DNA from: Azolla caroliniana | Taxonomy: Eukaryota; Plantae; Polypodiophyta | Direction: 5' to 3' | Assembly: GCA_043228905.1 (NCBI GenBank) | Contig: JBHGNT010000002.1 | Coordinates: forward strand, 22,382,001 to 22,446,000 | Length of the DNA: 64,000 nt | In this document: positions 13,154 to 24,197 of the stretch, one piece after another | Layout of the letters: every line of letters begins with the position of its first letter | Position numbering within the stretch: the first letter of the stretch is position 1 | Notes under the pieces: model-generated | What the model was told of the DNA's origin: nothing | Database searches by the model: none | What the model saw: the letters and a program-made list of their open reading frames with translations, nothing else | Position numbers and translations under genes: made by a program

Positions 13154-16100
13154 CCCTTTTGCTTTGCTTTTCTCTGTCGTGGTTCCTGCTCTGCTCTGCT
13201 CTGTTCTGCTCTGTGTCTTTCTGCGCGCAGGAAGAAAAGGAGATAGATATGGTTCCTTCCTTCTCCTTCTTCTTCTTCTTCTTCTTCTTCTTCTTCTTCC
13301 TTCCGTCTGTCTTCTGTCTTCTCCTTGGACGGATGGACGGCCGGACAAAAAGCTCGCCAGGAATTTCCGATCCCTAGAAAACCCTAGAAAACGCATATGC
13401 CAGAACCAACACCCCCCCACACACACAATCCGAGGTGACGTGTCCCCCGCACAGCGGGCATGCCTACGTCCAGGCGGCCAACATTAACCATCCCGAGTCC
13501 CGCCTAGCATCCCTACCCCAACCCCGGTCCTTCCTTCCTTCGTTAATGAAATCCCGGTAGTCAGTCCAATGTCTACCCCCCCCCCCCCCCCACACCCCCG
13601 GGGGGGCCCCCTTCATTGCATCGTTTTATCTCGACCCGACACACGCATCACAATAAAAAGGTTGCGCTTTATTCGTCTCCTTTTGTCTTATTTGCCTTTA
13701 TTTCGTCCCCCGTGGGACAAACGACTGCCGAAAACTAATTGACTTGCTTTCCCCTCCCGTGACATCGATGCATGGACAAAGCCCTCTTAACCTCAAGTCA
13801 ACTTAACTTGCATTGCATGCACCATGGTGTCTTTGTTGGTAAAAAAAAAAGGTGACTTGTGTAAAGTTAGAACACTCTACTACGGTGCCCCGAAATGCAA
13901 AGGCAAATCCCACTCTTGACATTGGTTGGCCAATTCTTCGAAGTATGCTAGGATGATGAAGATATTACCTTCAAACATGGCGATTTGATGTAGGTTGGGA
14001 GGCCCTCGAGAGGCAAATGAAGACATGTATGCATTTGAAAATGAATGGGTATTGTTGAGGCAACCAAAGAAACCTTATGCTTTGATATCATATAAGTGGG
14101 GTATGATGCTCTCATTAGACTTGATTCGTTGAGGCAATATGATGTGATGTGCATCTAAGTAGCAAACGTTTTAATCGCTAAGCAAACCATGAGTGTTGAT
14201 GCCAAGAAACCAAGATTGCTACGAGGTTATTTTTCCCCTACTAGTGAAGAGTTTTATAGTATATTCTTGAGTAAGGGCTTTTGCATTAGGAATCAATGAG
14301 CATGTTATCACTCTTCAAACCATGATTGTTGGAACCTACAAGGACATTGTTATATTTCCTCTATTAGAGTCGATTTTGCTTTTTAGTGGGTCGACAACAA
14401 CTACCCATGAATTAAACATCAATTTTCTTTTGTTGTGACAATTTTTATTTTGGGTAACTCTTTTGTTGGGTGTGTGTTTTATATCTTAAAAGTTTGTCAA
14501 AAGTACATATAATAGTCTGCCTCGAAACCCAATGTCATTTTATGAGTTTATACTTGAAGTTATCTAAATTGTGACTTTATTGCATTGTGGCAAGCAACTA
14601 GCCCTTAGATTGTTTAAAACTTGCTCATTCAAATGTGATGCATTCGTACATTGTTTTTCAAACCACTTTGCAAGTTTCAGTCATTGCTAATGGTCATAAT
14701 ATATATGATTCCGAAATTGTGCTCTTTGCAATTTTTGGATACAATAATGTATTGCACAAGCCACTACAAAATAGTCGTGTAATGAAGACACCATAAAGTT
14801 GACGCATAACCACCCAATAACGAAGATGTTGCTTGGCTACTTGATTGTGTTCCATCATGACTAATTGGGAAGAGTGCCTCAATCAACTAACATCTCCTTC
14901 AATGCTCAATATTATTGTTGTATGGCTTTCAAAAGGGTTTGTGTCATTGATACAAACTCCCTCACCTAAAGCTAGATGTTTGGCATACCTTGGGGACGAA
15001 CTAAGACACTCCCACACTACACTAGCATGAGTGGGAACTTAATACGAGGAAGATTCCTTCTAAGTGAGCATGAATGGTGCTCCACAAAAGCAGATTTTGC
15101 ATGGGTAATAAACTACAAATGCAAACATGTGGAAGACCTCCAATCATTGGGAATGAAATATTCCTCCAAAAATTAACATTGATACCCTATTAAAGGGGTG
15201 GAGGTGGTCATTCTTGTGAAATAAGTCATCAAATTATAGCGGGGCAATGCAAGATGTCACTAACGCTATCATGCATATGATTCGTCAAATGTAGCAAAAT
15301 TTGCATACATGTCATATCACGTGCTTTAATTCTTGGACAACTTACAAGTATTGGGTGTCTAGGTGAGTTAAGTGGCGTCTATCATAGGCCACCAATCTTG
15401 TGGAAAATGTTAAGTTGCCAATCTTAGGACAAATGCTAAGTCACCGATCTTAGGAGAAATGTTAAGCCCCCAATTTTCCAAGAGGAAGTGCTTGATGGGG
15501 CAATGTATGGTGCATATGTTTCTCCAAATGTGGCAAAACCTCCAAATATTATAGAGTATATCACGTGCTTAAACTCGTGAACAACTAACAAGTGTGGATG
15601 AGCCTAGATGAGGCCAGTGGCCTTTGTCCTATGCAAAACTTTAGGATCTTTATTGGAGTGGTTTTTAATGTAAATGAAATCGATCATAATTGGAGTGCTT
15701 CGTATCCCTATATCATGGTGCGACACTCCTTGAATCAACACATGTTTATATATTAGAGACTAACCTCAAGTCGAATGGGTTGGATGATTTCCAAAATGCA
15801 AAACGAAGGGTGCAAGTCTTTTCCAAAGTCAAGAAAATGTAGATTTTTTGTTTCTTTCTGTAGGTCAAGTAAGAAGCTTAAGATCGTTCTCCTTTGTAAT
15901 CGACCTCAAAAGAGCACGAAAAGGAGGAAAAGGAAGAACTTTGTTTTAACAATACTCGATGAAGGCACATCCTCATGTATGTGTAGATACAACAAACGAA
16001 TTTAAGGATTCCTCTAGAAAGTAGAATGTGGTACATGGTGCAACTTTTCTTGTTGGAAACTTCTACTTTTTTGCAAGTTGAAGTTAGCCATTGTGAAGAA

Positions 16101-18499
16101 CCACATGTATGTAATGTCCATGCTAGTATATGGTTGTTATCTTTCAACTCAAATGAGTTGTTTCTAATGCATGTCGTAATTAATTGGCATTATGTGTGCA
16201 TATGGGCATAACTTGACTATAATTTGGTTATCGGAATCGTGGTTGTGGAAATTTCACATTTATATGCATGTGGCTCATGTCAATATTGTATTCCTTTATG
16301 CATTGTTGTATGGTCTTGGTACTATGTCAAAACATGGTTATAAAACCAAATGTATCTTATTCATGGACATTAACAACCATGTTTGGCTAGTATAGGAAAA
16401 TTAGAGTGTCATTGTTGACTAAGATGTGAATTTTCTCATACCAAAAAATTGATAGGTAGAGATAGAGAACATGAAGCTACCAACCAAATTACCTAGAAAT
16501 TAAAATTTTCAAGAATACACGTTATAAACCACCAATAACATATATCCAATCTACCATGAATTACAAGGCAAGAATATTTGAGGGCTACATGATCAAATAT
16601 ATGGGAATGTCTACCAAGTCCAATCACATCAAATTACACCATACATTTGTGTAAAATGTCTACCTTGTCCAACCACAATAAACTACAACATGTTTTCGTT
16701 TAGCCATGCATTTCGCCCTTATAGAGGAAGATGCAAAACATATCATTTCAACATTAGAGGATGACACAAAGTATATAAATTACACATAAAGAGGATTAAT
16801 GATGAGGTTGATCCATGTGGTCCTTTGGGATATAAGTTGGACACCTTACATGTAGAGTTGCCATGGTACACAAGAAACCACAAACTTATCTACCCGTTTT
16901 TTAGCCACTAGGCATATTTCGACAAGCCCCTTTTAGCAGTAAAGTTGGTGAGCTTTTGAAAGTAAAGGATGGGTAAGCATGCTCATCCACAAATCATTTC
17001 TAAACCATCAAACAAATGCAATATTGCCATAAGTGTAGGCTTAGACACAAACCTCATAGTCTATAGATAATCCCCTACTATTTTAAGTAAATGCTATTTT
17101 TTTCATCTTGAGAGAGAGGGATATCTACTTCATATGATACATACAACCTCTCGAGCAAAAGTAAATATTATTCATGGCTTGTACAAAAAATCGATAAACA
17201 AGATTGAGCAATTGGGTAAATTAACTATGCATTTACATTTTCCAATTGAAGGTAAAATTGTGAGAAGTTGTACAATTAAAACTTTCGGTATTTGCTCATA
17301 ACTAATTTTAGATGAAGAGTGGAATCAATATGAATAAATCATGACAATAAAGTAAAAGGAAAATCCTTCCTTTACTTATTCTCGAGGAAGTTCTATGTAT
17401 CCTCATCACCCATTGAATTGGTTTTAAGTTGACGTTTTACGTTTTGAAAGGGGGAGAGGACTCACTTCATCACTGGTCATGGGCAAATTAACAATTAGCA
17501 TGGGAAATTGATTAATTGGCAATCTCTTTTTGGGATTTTCGCAAGTGCATTTGTTTCAACTAGGATTGATGAGTTGTTTGGATGTTTGACATAAAAGAGT
17601 TACAAAGCAAAACAAACATAGATTATCGACCTTTGCCGATATATTGACTCTAGTATTTAAACATCAAATAAATTAATTGATTTACGCTAAATTTAACATT
17701 ACAAATAATATTGTGAAATGCACATAAGAGATCAAACCCATCCTACTTAGCTTCTTACTTCTTGCTCAATTTATAGTCGATACAATGGTACCCATTTGGG
17801 CTGGCTTAGGTACATGCATGCTAAAAAGGGTGTGCTAAAAGGGTGGCACAAAGGAACACATGCACACCACAATACATAAACAACGAGTTTTTTGATACTT
17901 GGTTTGATATAACATTAGACAACCAAAGAACTTCACTCTAACATAGAACTAGGCATTACAAATGGCATTGACATGAAATTTATCGTACAAATTCCAAATG
18001 CTATTGGCTTTGCATTATATTGACACCAATTGGCAAACACGTTTTAGAAACAGAGGTCTATGTAGATGCGAATGAGATACTCAACAATTTAGGAAAGAAA
18101 TTGAGCTATATTAGGTTTGCAAGAAACATGTCTCCTTGGGATGAAGAGACATCTTGTGACAATGTTTGCCCAAAACACAAGTCCCTCGTGCATGCAATCA
18201 TCCCTTGATCATGCCTTAGTATTGATGGTCACACACGAGAAATGGTGTAACATGCATGATCATTTTGCATGTTAATGCAAATGTTTTTTTGCAATGGGGT
18301 ATCCCTCCCTATAAATACATTATATAGTCTCCCGATGGTATACAACCTTAACGAGTAATTGCATAGCATCCAAAAGCTATTCTAGATTATTTCAAGCCCA
18401 AAGAAATGTTTGATCATAACCAATGTGAATAGAAACCATAATGAGATATATCTACATGTGAATGGAAACCATAATGAATAGGGTGTTTCACCTAATGGG

Positions 18500-19720
18500 T
18501 GTGTTTCTTATTTTGAGGTCCTAGACAACAATAGATTGCAATCTTATACCTTTGATTGCAGTTATCTATAGGACTTGCGAAGTGCACCAGTTAGAGTGGT
18601 TGCTAAAACTAGAGAGAAATGGATCCTTGATCCTTATCCATTAATTGCTCATATGTGTGATATCATGTGGTTATACGCAAAAGATATTGTTACAAGATTA
18701 ACATGGGATCCGGGGGGTTGGCTTTGGTCACACTCCTTGGGGTAAAAGATTGTCCCCTTCTTTCAGTACTCAGTAAAACTTGGAAGATCATTATTGCTCT
18801 CTCAAAATGTAACGATACCGACAACTCAAAAACATTGGACCAATTGGGGTGTCTCCACTTTGCATTTGAGAACCTACTGGAAATGGATATGGTCATTCAA
18901 GGGGCCAACTAAATTTATTCTCTTTCGATGGTTATTAGTCCATATGGCACTACCAGTTGGTCATTCATTGAAAGGGAATGTAGCACCCAATTTGCAGCAA
19001 TGTGGCTTTTGCCATGAACCTCGGGAGACTACCAAGCATGTCCTATGGTCTTGTTCTTTTGCTCAACAAGTATGGAAGAAAGTCATGTCTTTATTCCTAA
19101 CAATCAATGCAGGTTGCCTATTCTCATGGGGATTAGCGATGTGGGGAGTATTACATTCCAGCTTGATGTTGTATGAGGCAAACGATGTTCATGAGGCAAT
19201 GGCAATACATAATAGAAGATTGATAGTAGTTAGTCCCTTCTAGCAACCTCGAAAGTAGATGCGATCTTTCCAATTTTGGAAAACTGTGACCACAATAACG
19301 TTATGGGCATTATGGAAATATCGATGTAACCAACTTTATGATGCGGTAGACATTCATCTCTCAGATGTGTTGTTTGAGATATGGGAGAACTTGCTGGCAG
19401 TAGTCCGTGGCCAGTATGACAATATGCAAGGTTCCCTAAATACTATGAACAAGAAAAGGAAAAAGCTTCTTCACTTATGGAAAAAGGTGCCCCTATTTAC
19501 AATGTCAACTCAACAGCTTCAATGGCAATATCAACTTCCATGGACTCTTTCTTGAATATCAACAAATGTAAACATCCTTTACAAAGTTTGATATTGGATC
19601 TTCGGAGTATTTTACATCATTGTATAAGAAAAGTTGTAACCTCCTTGGTAGCTAGGTTCAAGTTGTAGCCTTCGGGCGTTTTGTTCTTAATACTATTGAA
19701 GAAAATCTTTTATAAAAATA
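18500..19720 (+). mobile_element. 5'-truncated L1-type LINE remnant (zf-RVT and C-terminal region of ORF2)
   Basis: YWKWIWS...KFILFRWLLVHMALPV, CGFCHEPRETTKHVLWSC (zf-RVT) and LWALWKYRC. In-frame stops and an A-rich 3' end. Confidence 0.85.
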
Positions 19721-22307
19721 AGAAGATATATCTACATGTCCTCAAAAGTCATTGGATGAGATGGAGTGTATTGTATGATGCCTACCCAAAAGTAGAATAT
19801 AGTTGAGTATTTATTGTTGTTTTTAGGAAATTTTCCAAATAAGTGTGAATCCATCTTTGGGAGACATGTTTTTCCTTGTTTTGCCTTCCAAATGTGAACA
19901 TTTAAGTATAAAATCCAAATCATTGTACACAATCAACATTAAAATCCAAAAGTATAACTTAAAAAGATATTTGTGGACACTATATTTTTTAAACCAAAAA
20001 CAACTTATCCTTCGGTTCCATTTGATGAGCATATGGGCATGTGCTTGGGCTTGCCCTACCTTGATTGTGGAGAAGATGCAATGGTCTCCCTCTAACATTA
20101 ACCATTGAATGGGTCAACTTAACTCGTCTCGTCGTGTTGGTGGATATTAGATATTCATCCTTGTTGCTAGTGGACATGAAGTGATCTCATCTCATCTTAC
20201 CTTCACTACTAGATTGACTCATATGAGACGAGAATAACAACTCATCTCCTCTCCATTAATTGAGATCTCCACCTTTGGGACTAACATGTTAACTCATTGT
20301 TATCATCATATTCCTTAATTACACGTTTCCACATCATGCTCATAATCAAATTACAGCTTGGATGGAATGCACATTCTTATATAGCAATACAAATTTTGGT
20401 ATATGGAGGACGTTGCACGTCCTTTCGTATCAATGTAACTTTTATCCGTTCATGCCGTAATTATGATGTTTCTATCATTGGGCGCCCAATATATAGTTGA
20501 TTCACAATTGTTATATCATTTTTTACATTGTTCATTCACTTATCAAGTGGATTCATTAGTCTTGTAGATAACATATCCCCACATTTGTGAATTAACTCTT
20601 TTACAACGAGCGAACCTCCAAAAGATTTCTTCAAAAAATATGGCTTTCTCCCCCATTATTGATAAAATTCAAGTAACCAACTTTGTAAGTCATTGTGGTG
20701 GTCACCATAATATAATTCAATCTCTATTTAACATATGAATCACCTCATTGCATGGATCCATTGTTTTGTCCAGTTTTTTATTCTTGCTCTTCTCACCATG
20801 GCTTTGAAAGTGTTGATTTGGGTCATGTAAAAGAATATGTGCGAAAGCGTATGCGGAAGACACAGAGTACACAATCGGTTGGAAGTATAACAGTTAGGTA
20901 AACACAAAGTAAGGGTGAGAGAGAGAGAGAGAGAGAGAGTAAGCGGGGTAGACAACAGAAAAAAACTCTATTACCAAAATGTTCAGTACTAAGCACAAAC
21001 AATAGTGCTCAAATACACATTATATATACAAGCCCATATGTTAGGGTTGTCATGAAGTATTGACATGTTCTTCAATGCTCTTAAAAGAGCCTCTGACACT
21101 GACTGCCTATATTAGGCCTATTTACTAGAATAGGTATAATTGGCACGTGTGACATTCCGGATCGGCTTCCATTGCCGCTCCGTCATCCGAATCCGGTATA
21201 TGATCCGGAACCCAGCCCGGAGCTTAGGTTTATCAGCCTAAGCGGGCCTAACCAACTGGATCATATTCGGTTTGACCTGCCAACTTGTCCAACCGGTTCG
21301 GCCCATGTTGAGCTTGCTCGCTCAACAGGTCAACTTGATTTGGTTTTGCACAAAGCTTTTTCTAACGGATAAGATTTCCCGTCAAGAGATATTTGACAAA
21401 TTCTAGACACTACACATTATCATCCAAAGCTTCTCGCATTGCCCATCTTTCTAGTCTATTGATGACTTGATTCAAGTCAAGCAAGTCCTTTGGTTTTTTT
21501 TTCCCAAAACATCAAGTCTACTAGCTTGGGAAGTGTGATGGATGATCTCTTGGATTAATTTTTATTTTTTGATTGCAATAAGCTTCACAATAATTTGAGC
21601 TAGCATAACCCGTTGAGTTTCTCCAAGCATCCATCCTCATGTATATACAATTGTTCCAAGGAAAAGTGTCGGCAAAGCAGATGGCTTGCCTAGATAATCT
21701 AGCATGTGTGCTCAAAGATACACAACTACAAAAAAGTGTGAAATGAAGTGATATGTCAATGTTTGTGATTTGACTATATGTTTTTATGTATAGTTTTGTG
21801 TCAAATGCCTTGGACTTCATGATAAAAAGATGCCCCTTCAAGAACGGTGGAAAATCCCAAGTCAAGAGATTTTAAAGTTTTTTCCTCCTTGAAGAGAGAA
21901 GAAAGAGACATTTCTTGAAGAGAGAAGAAACAAGACATCTTGTTTCCCACATTGAGATTTGGACGCTATCAATGAATTAAGTAACTTTTCAGGGCTCTCA
22001 CTAAACAATTTGCTTAAGCCACTAATGTTTATCAATGTAAACGACACTGCTAATATAACTACCAACAATGTCTCAAAATTCATGCATTTGTGCTCCTTTA
22101 ACCAAAATTTGTCCACAAAATCATCATATAGTTGCCTTTGTTTCGCCGACTCATCCTTTGTCACTATTCATTTTACGATTGGATAATACATTAGGAGTAA
22201 GTTAGAATGACACTCTATAAGTTTGTTCTATATTTTTCGTTGGCTCTTTAGTGGAAAAATGATCAAGACCTTTTCAATTGAAGCAAGTCTAGTCCTTGGT
22301 GATAATA

Positions 22308-22810
22308 TGTTACGGGCATGACCATATAATATCCCGTGGTGAGAATTTACTGTAGTATTCTATACACGTGGATAAGTGTGAGGGTTAAACGAGAGTGTAA
22401 AGAAGGGGAGGATTACTTTTAAATTCTCGGGATTGAGACAACCCATTAGGCCAAGTGTGAACATGGCTGGTGGCCCTGGGTATCGCTATAAATAGAGGCC
22501 TAGATACCCTCATTTGATCATCTAGTTGACTACGTCGAGACTCTGTCTTGTGGTGGGTCAACTCTTGTAGCGAGCGCGCCAACACCAGGTACGACTCGAC
22601 GCCATGACGGTGGTATGGGACGTCGATCGAGGCTCGAGTCTGTCTCGATCCCTTCGCTCGGGGGTGGTCGGGTGGATCGACACCCTTCTTTCTCTCTCTC
22701 CTTTCTTTCTATCTACCTAGATCTATCCTTTTCTAATGCTTACTTTAGTACATGTCTCTACCAAAGTTCCTGGAACTTTGGTAGCCATTTATATTAGACT
22801 TTTTACCATA
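22308..22810 (+). mobile_element. Probable isolated or partial LTR
   Basis: GC-richer island starting TGTTAC, with TATA box ctataaatag (~22487) and a CT-rich tract, ending near ...ACCA. No adjoining gag/pol. TSD not cleanly identified. Confidence 0.5.
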
Positions 22811-23734
22811 TATTATCCTCGTCTAAGGAAACTTCTCAAGGGATGATCATGCATGTCGGAGCTTGAGTTAGTGAATCTCAAGATGATACTAGCAAATGAC
22901 ATGGAGATTCTCTTTCTCTCTGATATTGAGAAACCCTTAGCCTCATGAAAAAGTGAGATGGATTTGAAGGTGGAAAAAATAGGTTTCTATCTTCACCCAA
23001 AAGGACCTCAAAAGAAGAAAAGGAACATATGGATAAAAAACAAATGTTGTTGATTCGTTGATGCATAACACAAGGTATACCATTTTCTAACAAAATATTA
23101 TTATGCATTAGGAATGAAACAACTCGAGAATAATCTTGGCTAAGTTATGCAAGGTGTTGGGAAAAGCTTAACATGTGACATTGTTTGTTTTTCTTTAATC
23201 ACAATGATACGTAGAATTCATTTGTAATACTAAGTTGTCGATGGTTATTTTGTGAATTCTACGAAGATCCATAGGTATAACTTTGGGAATGTTTTGGAAA
23301 CTTAGACGAGTATTTTGGGGGTTTTGAAACTACTAGCTCGCTTCATCTAGAAATTTTGGTGTGGAATTAGAGAATAAAGAAAGCAAAAAAGATTCAACCT
23401 TCAACCTTCAACCTTCATATGGTTATGACAATGCTCCAACTGGATTGTAATTTCAACTATAAAAGGATCCACACATAACATCTATCCTAAAAGAACAATA
23501 ACTAAAACTATCATGTAAATCAAACTCAAAAAACATGTGTGCGTCATGCATGTCTCAAACACGAGGAGCGCAAAACATGGTCCATGTGGAACCTTGAAAC
23601 TTGAAGCCTAAGTTTGTGAGTAAGCCTTTGCATTGTAAGCACCAAAAACGTAATCGTCTGACTCAGGTAGTTTCGTGTCGACCAAAATTGGATGCAAAAA
23701 ACATTAGTTCATAAAGTGGTTGCGATTTCAATAC

Positions 23735-24015
23735 ATGTTCCTTGAAATTACTTTCATTCCTAAAGCAGGGTAGTTTCCAATCCATTAGGCATATGACACA
23801 AATTTTGGAGTAGAAAAGGTTAACTTTTTACCATGGTTTGTGATTAAATCGAGTAAAGAAAAATGGCCTATATGTTTCTTGAAATTACTTTCATTCCTAA
23901 AGCGGGGTAGTTTCCAATCCATTAGGCATATGACACAAATTTTGCGGTAGAAAAGGTTAACTTTTTACCATGGTTGGTGATTAAATCGAATAAAGAAAAG
24001 TGAAAGTGGCCTATA
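23735..24015. repeat. Tandem duplication (137-bp period) of the tRNA 3' flank, including the last 9 nt of the tRNA
   Basis: Near-identical copies start at 23735 and 23872, and both end in tggcctata. Confidence 0.95.
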
Positions 24016-24080
24016 CAGGTCTCGAACCTGTGACCTTCGCGTTATTAGCACGACGCTCTAACCAACTGAGCTAATAGGCC
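24007..24080 (-). tRNA. trnI-AAT: tRNA-Ile, anticodon AAT
   Basis: Reverse complement GGCCTATTAGCTCAGTTGGTTAGAGCGTCGTGCTAATAACGCGAAGGTCACAGGTTCGAGACCTGTATAGGCCA. It has a perfect 7-bp acceptor stem, A and B boxes, anticodon loop CT-AAT-AA and a downstream T-run. Confidence 0.97.
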
Positions 24081-24197
24081 GATGTTGTGAGTTTATTGAC
24101 AGAAATATTCTTAGTATCTAAATAACTTCTCTTGTAAATCCCCCTCCTCACTCAGAAAACAACAAAGTTTTTTCTCCTGACTCATGAAGCTATAGAA

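Noticed and set aside
12155-13487. Many overlapping ORFs rich in R/E, S/L, F and V/R repeats
   Set aside because: They arise from GA/CT, CTT and TTAGGG simple repeats read in other frames or strands, and show no domain signal.
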